Source of the DNA: an uncultured Chloroflexia bacterium
GTDB taxonomy: Bacteria > Chloroflexota > Chloroflexia > QHBQ01 > JADMIH01
Assembly: GCA_963797095.1 (NCBI GenBank)
Contig: CAWCNY010000006.1
Span: 256,001-320,000 of the forward strand
Reading direction: 5' to 3'
DNA length: 64,000 nt
Shown piece by piece: positions 30,004 through 40,726 of this stretch (the stretch's first letter is position 1; each line of letters opens with the position of its first letter). The notes under the pieces were generated by a model. That model did no database searches. It saw only the letters and a program-made list of their open reading frames with translations, and was not told the DNA's origin. The position numbers were made by a program, and so were the translations under genes.

Positions 30004-31092
30004 CTATGGCTTATCCATCACCACCTCCTTAATCGACTGTATAACCAGATCGGGTTGCTCCACCTGGACATAGTGGTGGCTGTTCTCGGCCACGATCAGC
30101 TTCGATCCGGGCACCATAGCCGCCAGTTCCTCCTGCATCTGAAGCCAGATGCGCTCTTTTTCGTCGACGGGCCAGCCGGGAGGTTGCTTAAGGGGGAGGC
30201 CGTGCCGGATCACTGTCATCGGTACGACAGGCAGAGGACCGGCATCGCGCACCTGTTGGCCGCTGAGATGCGTCTCCTCGCAGGTAACACGCTCGCGGTT
30301 TCCGTTGATCCCCTGCTCGCGTAGTTGCTCCTGGTCGGGCGTGAGCACCGATTGGTAGCGCGCATCCAGGTCGGGGTGAACAGCATCGACCAGCACCAAC
30401 CCTGCCACCTCATTCTTATACAGCTTGGCGAAAAGCTGGACGTTAAGCCCACCCTCCGCGCCGCCCACCAAAACATACGGTCCCTGCACGCCTGCGGCGG
30501 CCAGGAGCGCATGTAGCTCATTCATCATCTGCTCGCTGGTGCGTGGGGCTGGCCCTTTGTCGCTCTTGCCCAGCCCCGCCCGGTCGTAAACGCAGGCCCG
30601 CGTGAAGGTGGAGACGTCGGGTTGTACTCCCACCCAGTCGCCCGATGTATCGCCCAGGGCCGAATCCATGATCACTGTGGGGCTGCCTTGCCCGGTGCAA
30701 CTGATCCAGAGCTTGTAGCCGCCGACATCGAAGAGCCCCTCGACAGGACTTGCCCCGGCGTATTTGTGTTTGTACCGGAAGGTACCCAATTGAGAGAGAA
30801 GCACATCGTAAGGCGCGGGGTTCTCAGGGTGATACTCGAAGACGGCACGTTCGAAGTATTGCACTGTGTAGGTGTTGCTATCGAGCGGCGATACCTCTTC
30901 CACTACCTCGGAGATAGGATAACCTTGCTGGGCGAGACCACCGTGCGCGTTCCAATAATCGAGGAAGACGCCGCCCACAGTCTTGCCCGTTTCAGGGAAG
31001 GTTTGGCTGCCTGTGCCTGGGATGTCCACCGGCGATGTGCTCTGTGTGGCGGGAGCCGCTATGCTCCCTCTAGCACACGCGATTGTGATCAA
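30004..31092 (-). CDS. Secreted protein: FPETG-type repeat plus alpha/beta-hydrolase domain (start uncertain)
   Basis: FPETGKTV..FL.YW..GGLAQQGYPISE..VQYFERA; YDRAGLGKS; SHHYVQ. Confidence 0.8.
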   Translation of the reverse strand: MITIACARGSIAAPATQSTSPVDIPGTGSQTFPETGKTVGGVFLDYWNAHGGLAQQGYPISEVVEEVSPLDSNTYTVQYFERAVFEYHPENPAPYDVLLSQLGTFRYKHKYAGASPVEGLFDVGGYKLWISCTGQGSPTVIMDSALGDTSGDWVGVQPDVSTFTRACVYDRAGLGKSDKGPAPRTSEQMMNELHALLAAAGVQGPYVLVGGAEGGLNVQLFAKLYKNEVAGLVLVDAVHPDLDARYQSVLTPDQEQLREQGINGNRERVTCEETHLSGQQVRDAGPLPVVPMTVIRHGLPLKQPPGWPVDEKERIWLQMQEELAAMVPGSKLIVAENSHHYVQVEQPDLVIQSIKEVVMDKP

Positions 31093-31278
31093 TATAGAAA
31101 TTAATGTTGGAAACGCCCTCCTGATAAGCGCATAATGAATGCCCTGGCAGACAATATATAGCCTCCTTATGGCAAAGGTAATCTGGCGACGATCCGGGTG
31201 CTCAGGATCGAGCCGGCAGGCTCCTTATTTCAGTACACCATTGGGGTGCATTGGGTGTCTGTGGAATATCTTGTGCTA

Positions 31279-32520
31279 CTATGCCGAGTTGGATTTGGTG
31301 AGTTCTACCCTGGGGTCCACAACCACATACAGGATATCGGCCAATGTATTGGAGAGAGCCACCACCACTATCAGGATCACTGTGATTGCCAGCACCAGCG
31401 GGCTATCGAGCGGCCCCCCTACCGGCGGCGGAATCACGTTGAAATCGAGCAGGTTGAACGTCGAGCCTGTCAGGAATGTGCCTCCAAGCGCGCTGTAATA
31501 GAGCATCCCAACCCCGGGGTACCCGAATACTTGCTCGATAATAATTCCCATTGAAAAGACCGCCGGTATTGCTAGCCCCACCAGCGTGATCAGCGGTATC
31601 AGCGCGTTGCGCAGTGCGTGCTTATACAACACCCTGCTTCTTGATAACCCTTTCGCGTGCGCCGTCCGAATATAATCCTGGCCCAGTACCTCCAGCAAAG
31701 TAGCCCGCGTGTAGCGCGCTATCGACGGTATCTGCAAAGCCACAAGTGTGAAGGTTGGCAGCGCCAGGTGGTATATCCTGTTCACCCAGTTCCCCTCCTC
31801 CCCCTCGTCAGCAATTCCGTTCAAGGGCAGGTACGGCACCCACGTCCAACCGTTGGTGGTGTGCAACTGGTATGGCACGATCGTCATCAGGAGCACCAGC
31901 ACCAACCCCAGCGCGAAGGGCGGTATTGAGCGGAAGGATAGGGTTACAAACGTCAGCACGTGTGCTTCCGCGGTATGGTTCCTGATAGCCCCAGTGACCC
32001 CTATCGGGATGGCTATCAGGAAGGACAACATGATAGTCAGCCCTATCAGGATTGCCGAATACCCTATCTTGGTGGAGAGCAACTCTCCCACCGGTGTCCC
32101 CTTCTGGATCACCTTCGTTTTGCCGAAATCCCCTGTCAGCACTCCCGCTCCCTTCAGGTGAAAAGCCCCGATCTCGATATCTATCCCCTTTGGTGTTGGC
32201 TGGAAGTCGCGGTCCACGTCGGTGGTATCGTTCGGGTCAAAGAGCCACACGAAGAAATCGAAGGGCCACGGTTTGTCCAGCTTATACGTCTCCTCCAGAT
32301 CCTCCACCATACTCTTCGCGGTCTGGTATGCAGGAAAATCGGCCGCACTTGGTGTCTCCTTTACAAATTCGGACCATCGCGCGTAATCGGCCAAAGCCAG
32401 CTCATAACTCACACGCGGGCTTGTCGGCAGCAGCAACACCACCACTGTGTATACCAGCAACATCGCCAGCAAGATAAACACTATACTTTGCAAAAAGCGG
32501 CGGATGATAAACAGGCTCAT
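31279..32520 (-). CDS. Peptide/nickel ABC transporter permease (OppB/DppB-like)
   Basis: GDFG, HLALP, QDYIRTAHAKGL, HALRNALIP, IEQVF. Confidence 0.9.
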   Translation of the reverse strand: MSLFIIRRFLQSIVFILLAMLLVYTVVVLLLPTSPRVSYELALADYARWSEFVKETPSAADFPAYQTAKSMVEDLEETYKLDKPWPFDFFVWLFDPNDTTDVDRDFQPTPKGIDIEIGAFHLKGAGVLTGDFGKTKVIQKGTPVGELLSTKIGYSAILIGLTIMLSFLIAIPIGVTGAIRNHTAEAHVLTFVTLSFRSIPPFALGLVLVLLMTIVPYQLHTTNGWTWVPYLPLNGIADEGEEGNWVNRIYHLALPTFTLVALQIPSIARYTRATLLEVLGQDYIRTAHAKGLSRSRVLYKHALRNALIPLITLVGLAIPAVFSMGIIIEQVFGYPGVGMLYYSALGGTFLTGSTFNLLDFNVIPPPVGGPLDSPLVLAITVILIVVVALSNTLADILYVVVDPRVELTKSNSA

Positions 32521-32630
32521 AGTGTCCTTCGTCCTCCGGTTACCAATAACTCCCTACTCGCTCGTTCGTGATACATGATACGTGATACGTGCTATGTGAC
32601 CTACTGAGCTTCTCGTCCTTCGTCCTTTCG

Positions 32631-33665
32631 TCACCCCGCGCTGCTCCGTGGGTTGAAAACCTCCAGCAGTGTGTCGGCGACATAATTAAGTGACAGCACT
32701 GTGATGTACACCATGATCACCGGCTGCAGAAAGAGCCATGCACGAATATCGTTGAATGGATTGATGTTCACAAGGTTGTTGATTTGCGATATGTTGTTCA
32801 CGATCATGTTGCCCCACGACGGCACCGGCGGGTCAAAGATGCCCTGCACGAGGTAGGACATAATCGACTCCCAGATTATGAAGTCGGCTATCTGGAGGGT
32901 GGTCGCCACCGAGATAGGAGCCAGCGAGTTGGGCAGTAAATGCCTCCAGATGATGTGCCTCCCTCCAGCCCCCAGCGCCTTCGACGCTTCGACGTAGTTC
33001 TGTCCCCTCAGCACCAGCAGTTGCCCCCTTACCAGCCGGCTGATACCCATCCAGCCGAAGATGCTGAATACTGCCAGCGTGAGTGTAATGCCGCCCTGGG
33101 TCTCCTGCAAAAAGGTGTCGTGCACTATTGTGGAGGTGAGAAGCCTGTAGCCGAAGATATACATAGGGAGGATAGGCAGGGCCAGTGTGAAATCGGTAAA
33201 GCGCATCAGCAAAGTATCTATCCAGCCGCCGAAGTAGCCCGCTAGCAGGCCGAGTAGAGTGCCTGTGATTATAGTGATGGCAGTTGCCGCTGCTGCAAGC
33301 GAAAGGGTGGCCCGGCCCCCCAGGAAGATGCGGATAAGTTGGTCCCTCCCCAGCTTGTCGGCTCCAAGCCAGAAGACGTTGTGGGTGAATGGGTCCACTG
33401 TGCCGGGCGTGGCGAACGATGCCAGCGGGCTTAGCGCGTTGGGGTCGAATGGAGAGAAGATCGGGACGAAAATGACGCCCACTATAATGAGCGTGAGCAC
33501 GGTGAGGGCCAGCATACCCGATGGGTATCGCCGGAAGCGACGGAATATAGCGACAAAGCCTCTCGAACCGGCAGGTATGCCCTGCCCGGCGTCGGGGCTA
33601 TCGTCTAATGATGGCGCTCCTATAACGGCGCGCCCTACCTCGTTTATTGCCTGAGCATCTGCCAA
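32631..33665 (-). CDS. Peptide/nickel ABC transporter permease (OppC/DppC-like)
   Basis: LGADKLGRD, AGYFGGWID, YVEASKALGA, HLLPN. Confidence 0.9.
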   Translation of the reverse strand: MADAQAINEVGRAVIGAPSLDDSPDAGQGIPAGSRGFVAIFRRFRRYPSGMLALTVLTLIIVGVIFVPIFSPFDPNALSPLASFATPGTVDPFTHNVFWLGADKLGRDQLIRIFLGGRATLSLAAAATAITIITGTLLGLLAGYFGGWIDTLLMRFTDFTLALPILPMYIFGYRLLTSTIVHDTFLQETQGGITLTLAVFSIFGWMGISRLVRGQLLVLRGQNYVEASKALGAGGRHIIWRHLLPNSLAPISVATTLQIADFIIWESIMSYLVQGIFDPPVPSWGNMIVNNISQINNLVNINPFNDIRAWLFLQPVIMVYITVLSLNYVADTLLEVFNPRSSAG

Positions 33666-33715
33666 GCATCGCTCCTATTACGGGGTGTTAATCCCGCACG
33701 GCCACTCGTCACTCG

Positions 33716-34921
<1,206 letters not shown>

Positions 34922-34941
34922 GCATTCCTCCGAAGAAGCCC

Positions 34942-35029
34942 GGTTCCCGGTTCCAAGTTCCAGGTTCCAGGTTCCAGGTTCCGACTACCGACTACCGACT
35001 ACCGACTACTAGGAACTAGCAACTTGGAA
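34942..35029. repeat. Nested heptamer repeats (ggttcca)n, (ccgacta)4, (ggaacta)n
   Basis: Read directly between two permease genes. Confidence 0.9.
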
Positions 35030-36016
35030 CTACGCTCCCAGCACCACACTACGCGGGTCAAGCACCTCTCTCAAAGCGTCGCCTATGTAGTTGATGCATA
35101 GCACCGTGAGGAAGATCATTATGTTGGGCATCAGGAACAGGTAGGCCCTGATATCGCTGAAAGGATTGAAGTTGGTGAGGCGCGATACATACTGGATATT
35201 GTTCGCCAGCATATTGCCCCACGATGGGGTTGGCGGGTCTACTATGCCCTGCACGAAATAGGCGAGTATGGCTTCCCAGATGATGAAATCGCCAATCTGG
35301 AAAGTGGCAGCCACGAATACGGGCGCGAGAGAATTGGGGAGCAGGTGGCGAAAGATAATGCGGCGATGGCCCGCCCCGAGCGCCCTCGATGCCTCGATGT
35401 AATCTCGACTGCGCAGCGAGAGCACCGACCCCCGCACCAACCGCGCGATGCCCATCCACCCGAACAGCGTGAACACGAGCAGGATGGTTGTTATGCCACC
35501 CATCGTGATCCTGAGCAGCTCCTGCCTATCTGTGCTCAGGATGAGGATCCTTGAACCGAAAATGAACATCGGCAGCAGAGGTAGGGCCAGCATAAAATCG
35601 GTGAAGCGCATAACGATCGAATCTATCACTCCTCCAAAATAGCCTGCTGCCGCCCCTACCAACACCCCTATGATAAGTGTGATAAAGGTGGCTAGCACGG
35701 CCAGGAAGAAAGAAGCGCGTCCAGCGTAGAAGATGCGCGTGAACAGGTCTTGCCCGAACACATCGGTTCCCAGGATGTGAATCTGCCCGTTCAATGGGTC
35801 GCGGGTACCCGCTGTGGCGAAAGCTATCACCGGGTTGGTTTGATCAACGGCAAACGGCGAGAAGACGGGCACCATGATTATCCCCAGCGCCATCAGCGCC
35901 AGTACAATGAGGGCGACGAAGCCTGCGCGTTGCCTTCTGAAGCGTCTCCAGGTCAGTGAGAACTGGCCCGCTTCTACAGGTTCCAGGGTTTCATTTGCTG
36001 CAATGACTGTTGCCAA
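35030..36016 (-). CDS. Peptide/nickel ABC transporter permease (OppC/DppC-like)
   Basis: LGTDVFGQD, YIEASRALGA, HLLPN, NYIGDALREVLDPR. Confidence 0.92.
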   Translation of the reverse strand: MATVIAANETLEPVEAGQFSLTWRRFRRQRAGFVALIVLALMALGIIMVPVFSPFAVDQTNPVIAFATAGTRDPLNGQIHILGTDVFGQDLFTRIFYAGRASFFLAVLATFITLIIGVLVGAAAGYFGGVIDSIVMRFTDFMLALPLLPMFIFGSRILILSTDRQELLRITMGGITTILLVFTLFGWMGIARLVRGSVLSLRSRDYIEASRALGAGHRRIIFRHLLPNSLAPVFVAATFQIGDFIIWEAILAYFVQGIVDPPTPSWGNMLANNIQYVSRLTNFNPFSDIRAYLFLMPNIMIFLTVLCINYIGDALREVLDPRSVVLGA

Positions 36017-36108
36017 GCGGAACTCCTGTCCGGTGAGCGACGGACACCGGTATATATAGTTTGTGGGGGTGTTTTACAACGGCCTGGCGTTACTTTCGAC
36101 GTGCTTGA

Positions 36109-36573
36109 TCAGAACTCGAACTTCCCTTCTTCACGAATGTTTGCGTTCGCATCATGGCCTTCATCGTCGGGTTCTTCATCTTCTACGTTGTTCTGCGTCT
36201 TGATGCGCTTGAGGCTCATTGTCAGGCCGTCAGGCGTATCTCCGAGGGCCGCCGCCAGCGCTTGCTGAAGGGCCGCCTTCGCCTCGCGTGTGAAGTCTTG
36301 CGCGGGTGGCCGGTCGCCCTCCACATAGATCAACGCGGATAAATAGACGCCCTTGCGTATTGTGGGTCTGCCCTGTCTCGGGTAGCTCGCCGGGAGGCCG
36401 GGAGGTGGCGGCGGCAATGCCTCCGTGCTTTCCTCCGCGTTCGGTGCCCCATCGTTAATATCTTCTGGAGGGACTGTTTGTTGGGCGTTTATGGCCTCTT
36501 CCCGGCCCGAATCTATAGGTGTTTGGGGGTCAGGTTGGCCGGTGGTGTCCTGCGGTTCATTTCTTGTTTCCAT
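36109..36573 (-). CDS. Hypothetical protein with acidic/Pro-rich N-terminus
   Basis: ATG 36573 with GAGG RBS, overlapping the upstream gene end. Confidence 0.6.
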   Translation of the reverse strand: METRNEPQDTTGQPDPQTPIDSGREEAINAQQTVPPEDINDGAPNAEESTEALPPPPPGLPASYPRQGRPTIRKGVYLSALIYVEGDRPPAQDFTREAKAALQQALAAALGDTPDGLTMSLKRIKTQNNVEDEEPDDEGHDANANIREEGKFEF

Positions 36574-37759
36574 ATGCGTACCTCGACACAAGTTGTTTGT
36601 CGGCGTCGTAGAGCACAGCCACATCGCCGCTGTTATTCCAGATAGCGCGCCCTGAAAGGAAACTGAACTCTCCGGGGGCAAGGTCGGTCTTGTTAGTATA
36701 GACGCGGATCGCCTCTCCCGGCTGCATCGCGTAGCTCTCCCACCTGTATTCAGTCTGTCCTGTCGTGTCTTCAAGCTCCCAGTCTGTGATGTCCACGGGC
36801 TGGGTCCCCGTGTTAGTGATCTCCACGTACTCGTCAGGCTCATTCCGCCCCTGCCCGTCGTAGAAGATATCCGTTATTTGCACGAGCTTGTTGTCCTGCA
36901 CGCTCGTGTCGCTTGCAGGTGGGGTAGTGGCAGTGGGTACGGGCGTAATGTCGAGAGCGGTATCCCCGGTGTTGACGGGAGGCTGGTTGATGCCCGTCGT
37001 GCCGTTGTCCAGCGGCTTCCACTGGCCGTTCTGCATAGTCTCAATCTGCATGATCGGGTGTATTTCCCAGATGGTGCCGCGTGTCTTGCCAACCTGGTCG
37101 GGGTGCTCAGGGTCCATCATCACCCAGCCGCTAATTCGCACCCGCTGGTGGTTCTTTACTATGTTGTTTATGCTTGTGATGGTCCACTGAGGGTGAACAG
37201 CCCGCACCCTGGGAGTGGTCTCCACCACGATTGACGACTCACGTCCCTTGTTCGGGTCGTCGGCCAGCCAGATGTGGTAGTCGACGTCCTGCACTGAGCG
37301 GCAGTTGGTCGTTTCCGGTCCCTGCTTCTTGGCCGATATCAAGTACCCCTCGATCTGAACGGGCGTCCCCTCGTATAGCGCCACCTCTTCCTTGTCCTCT
37401 GTTGACCAACTGGACCGGGGCTTGCTGTTGATATCCGAAGGCCATGTTAGTGACACAAGCGTGTGGGCCGAAATAGGCTCCCAGGTGGCTTCGTCAATGC
37501 GGTTCTTGAGGGTATTGAGCACAGGGTCGCCGCCATCTCCTGATGGTGGGCACCCCTTGAAGTAGTCAACAATCGGCTTCGGCTTGCCGTAGTAGTTGGT
37601 GCCGAACACAGGCGCGCCCGGTTTGGGAGGCGCCGTGAGGGTTGCCTGAGTTACCGGGCCCGGCACGTTCTCCTCGGGTTGCAACAGGTAAAAGGCCGAG
37701 ATAGCTATCAGGACCCACAGAGCAAGGATCGCTATGGCGATAAAGACTTTTCTTCCCAT
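36557..37759 (-). CDS. Membrane-anchored protein with putative OB-fold domain and C-terminal lamin-tail domain
   Basis: N-terminal TM; DYHI, VETTPR, WEIHP motifs; LTD motifs DEYVEITN..VDITDW, IWNNSGD. Confidence 0.75.
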   Translation of the reverse strand: MGRKVFIAIAILALWVLIAISAFYLLQPEENVPGPVTQATLTAPPKPGAPVFGTNYYGKPKPIVDYFKGCPPSGDGGDPVLNTLKNRIDEATWEPISAHTLVSLTWPSDINSKPRSSWSTEDKEEVALYEGTPVQIEGYLISAKKQGPETTNCRSVQDVDYHIWLADDPNKGRESSIVVETTPRVRAVHPQWTITSINNIVKNHQRVRISGWVMMDPEHPDQVGKTRGTIWEIHPIMQIETMQNGQWKPLDNGTTGINQPPVNTGDTALDITPVPTATTPPASDTSVQDNKLVQITDIFYDGQGRNEPDEYVEITNTGTQPVDITDWELEDTTGQTEYRWESYAMQPGEAIRVYTNKTDLAPGEFSFLSGRAIWNNSGDVAVLYDADKQLVSRYAYGNKK

Positions 37760-37794
37760 CTTTTCTTCCCAGACCCAGCCGCGTTATCTCAGAG

Positions 37795-38979
37795 TTATAG
37801 ATTCGCTAACCGCATTGTACAGGCCGCCACGACCGGCTCGATTCCCAGGCCGAGCAAGCAAGGGCGCGGGCCGCACCCGTCACGCAGCCCTATAGAGAGG
37901 GCGCGATAGAAGCAAGGCTGGCAAGGTAAGTCGCGGGCCACTATCGCGTGGGGGTTGGCTTCGCCCGGCGGCACATACGGCCCCCAGGCGCGCCGGTTTG
38001 AAGGGCCAAACACAGCGACCACAGGTGTGCCTACAGCAGCGGCTATGTGCATCGGGCCGCTATCGCCTCCTACGAACAGGTCGCACCGCTCGATGAGGGC
38101 TGCGGTCTCTTTTATGCTTGTCCTTCCTGCGAGATTCCGGATGTGTGTCTCAAGGTAGAGGTTTCCATCCCCTGTTGCCTGCTCTACCAGCGTATTCCCG
38201 GCCTCGATTTCGTCGGGACCACCCATGACCACGATATGTGCATTGTGATCAGTCGCGAGCCTGCGGGCGACCTCCACGAACCGCTCTATGGGCCAGATAC
38301 GCGCCCGGCTGAAGGCCCCCGCCCCCGGGTGAAGGGCAACCAGAGGGTGGTGTTGTGCCAATCCTTCTCGTTCGAGCAACCCGGCAACCACACGCCTATG
38401 CTCGGCGTTTACGGGGATGTGCAAGCGCCACCCCGCGCTCGCATCGGCTCCCAGTTGAGCGGCCACCGCCAGCCAGTACGCAACTTCATGCCGGGTGCCG
38501 AAACCCAGGTCGGGCACAGTATGGGTAAGCCTGTCCGTGAAGAAATGGGCATGGGGCTTACCGTTGTCCAGCCCCACGGTTACGGGCGCATTCACCGCGA
38601 TGGCTAGCACTGCGCGCTCCCAGGCTCCCCAGCGCAGGGTGGCGTGATGGAACACGGCGAAGGCGTCGTACCGCGTCATCCTCAATTTGACCAGGGTTTG
38701 CACGATCTTCGCCAACTTCACAGGGTGGGTGATAGCGAATCTGCTGCTGAAGGAGAGGCCTTCGAACTCGATGATGTTGTCGAGGTAGGGCGCACCTTCT
38801 AGTATACGGGCGGAAGAAGGCGGGGCGATCAGGTCGAGCCTGGCCTGCGGGTGCGCCGCCCGAAGCGCCTGCAAAGCGGGTGTGACGGTCAGCATGTCGC
38901 CCAGGTCGGCCAACTTGACGGCAAGTATACGCCTGTAAGGCTGGCTATGACCCTGGCCCGATACTTGCATATCTCGCAT
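37795..38979 (-). CDS. Glycosyltransferase family 9 (heptosyltransferase-like)
   Basis: LGDML..P.LQALR, LHPGA, DSGPMHIAAAVGTP, FGP, PCQPC; start approximate. Confidence 0.9.
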   Translation of the reverse strand: MRDMQVSGQGHSQPYRRILAVKLADLGDMLTVTPALQALRAAHPQARLDLIAPPSSARILEGAPYLDNIIEFEGLSFSSRFAITHPVKLAKIVQTLVKLRMTRYDAFAVFHHATLRWGAWERAVLAIAVNAPVTVGLDNGKPHAHFFTDRLTHTVPDLGFGTRHEVAYWLAVAAQLGADASAGWRLHIPVNAEHRRVVAGLLEREGLAQHHPLVALHPGAGAFSRARIWPIERFVEVARRLATDHNAHIVVMGGPDEIEAGNTLVEQATGDGNLYLETHIRNLAGRTSIKETAALIERCDLFVGGDSGPMHIAAAVGTPVVAVFGPSNRRAWGPYVPPGEANPHAIVARDLPCQPCFYRALSIGLRDGCGPRPCLLGLGIEPVVAACTMRLANL

Positions 38980-39161
38980 ACGGTAATTATACAATGGATA
39001 GAGAGGATGGGTGACAAGGGAAGCACTGAGAAGGATGTGGCACGCAAAAAGAGACTAAAGACCGATTGCTTTTGCCTGGTGTCTATGATAAAATCCCCTG
39101 TGCGCTCTTGGATCCCATATCAGAGACCACGGCGCAGTTCGAGGAGCATGCAGCTTTTATA

Positions 39162-40286
39162 ATGAAGACAGAGACCATACTGGTCATCCCGTTTGCCGAT
39201 GGCATTGGGGATTTTGTGAATGTCCAGCCGTTGCTGGCGGCTTTGAAACGCGCCTTCCCCGACGCGGCTTTCACCGTCGCGGCTTCCGAGCACGGCAACT
39301 TTCTGATCAACGACCCCGATATCGAGGTGGTCAAGCCGTCGGGTTTCAACTATGAACCCGGCAAGATGGCGATTGCCCTTCGTCCTCTTCTTCCTCAGAA
39401 GCTACTTGCATGGATGGCCGGGCCGCTATTCGACCGCGAGCTTGGCCCCTTCGACCTTGTGATCAATATGTTCTACGCCTGGGAGCGGGGCATGGCCTTC
39501 CGCCGCTACTGGACGCCCCAGGTGCCCCTGGTGCCAGGTGCTCAACACTCGCTCGATTTCCTGGCCGACGAACTTGAGCGGCAGCTCGGTATAGCCATCA
39601 CTCCTGAGCAAAGAGTACCGCGCCTGGTGCTGCGGCAAGCCTCCACTGTTTGGGCCAATCGCTTCTGGGTCACTAACGATCTTGAAGGTGAGCGCGTAGT
39701 GGGTCTTGTTCCTTCGTCCAATATGGACATCAAGCGCTGGCCTCTGCACGAATGGATCAAGTTGGATGCTCACCTGCGCGAAATGGGTGTGCGCACTCTT
39801 CTTTTCTGCGACAAGCCCAACAGTGAGCAAGCCAGGGTATTCCGCGAGGCCGAATCGCCCGCTCTGCCTGTGTTCACCCAACTCGATAGCGTAGCGGGCT
39901 TGCTGACGCATTGCGACCTGGTGGTAGGCGTCGATACCGGCTTGCTTCACATGGCCGGCGCTCTCGACATACCCTGGGTCGGCCTATTTGGCCCCACCAA
40001 CCCCGAAGTTACAGGCCCCTACAAGCAAGAGGGTGGCATCGGGCTGGTGGCCCCCTTCGAGAAGCCCATCACCTGCGGCGGCTGTTGGAAGCACTTCAAG
40101 TACGAAGACGATACGTGTCGCACACTGGCGCACGGCTCGTGCATGGACTTCCTGCGCGAAGAGACTGTGCTGGAGGCGTGCGCGACTATCCTGAGGCGCA
40201 ACATCCCGGTCCCCGCGCCTCCCGTCTACAACTATCCCGGCCCATCCTTTATCCCCGCTGTGGCCGGTTCGCCCGCTTATACATAG
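39162..40286 (+). CDS. Glycosyltransferase family 9
   Basis: GIGDF, KRWP, DTGLLHMAGAL, LFGPTNP, CGGC. Confidence 0.88.
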   Translation: MKTETILVIPFADGIGDFVNVQPLLAALKRAFPDAAFTVAASEHGNFLINDPDIEVVKPSGFNYEPGKMAIALRPLLPQKLLAWMAGPLFDRELGPFDLVINMFYAWERGMAFRRYWTPQVPLVPGAQHSLDFLADELERQLGIAITPEQRVPRLVLRQASTVWANRFWVTNDLEGERVVGLVPSSNMDIKRWPLHEWIKLDAHLREMGVRTLLFCDKPNSEQARVFREAESPALPVFTQLDSVAGLLTHCDLVVGVDTGLLHMAGALDIPWVGLFGPTNPEVTGPYKQEGGIGLVAPFEKPITCGGCWKHFKYEDDTCRTLAHGSCMDFLREETVLEACATILRRNIPVPAPPVYNYPGPSFIPAVAGSPAYT

Positions 40287-40306
40287 TATGTAATATAGAA
40301 AGGTGA

Positions 40307-40720
40307 ATGTTAATGCTCGATCTTTCGAACCCCCGCCACACACACGTGGACGAACGGCTGCGCTCTGACCTGATGATCTGGCTTTCCAGTGTCAAGCCCG
40401 ACGGCAAGGCCCATCTTGTGCCCGTGTGGTTCCTGTGGGACGGCGAGCATGTCTATATCTTCAGCAAGCCCGACCAGAAGATCCATAATCTACAGCAGAA
40501 CAAGTCGATCATGTTGGGCCTGGACGATACCAGGGAAGGCAGCGACCCCATCCTGATCGCGGGCGAGGCCGAGCTTTTGCCACCTGGCGAGGTCACACCC
40601 GCGATGCCTGCCTACGAGGAAAAGTATGCCGAGAAATTTGCTCGCTATAATTGGACAGGCGAGTTGATGGGCAAAGAATACACCGAGGCGATCAAAATCA
40701 CGCCGAGCAAGATACTCTAG
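40307..40720 (+). CDS. PPOX-class (pyridoxamine 5'-phosphate oxidase family) probable F420-dependent protein
   Basis: IWLSSVKPDGKAHLVPVWFLWDG, K..NL..N. Confidence 0.85.
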   Translation: MLMLDLSNPRHTHVDERLRSDLMIWLSSVKPDGKAHLVPVWFLWDGEHVYIFSKPDQKIHNLQQNKSIMLGLDDTREGSDPILIAGEAELLPPGEVTPAMPAYEEKYAEKFARYNWTGELMGKEYTEAIKITPSKIL

Positions 40721-40726
40721 TGATAT

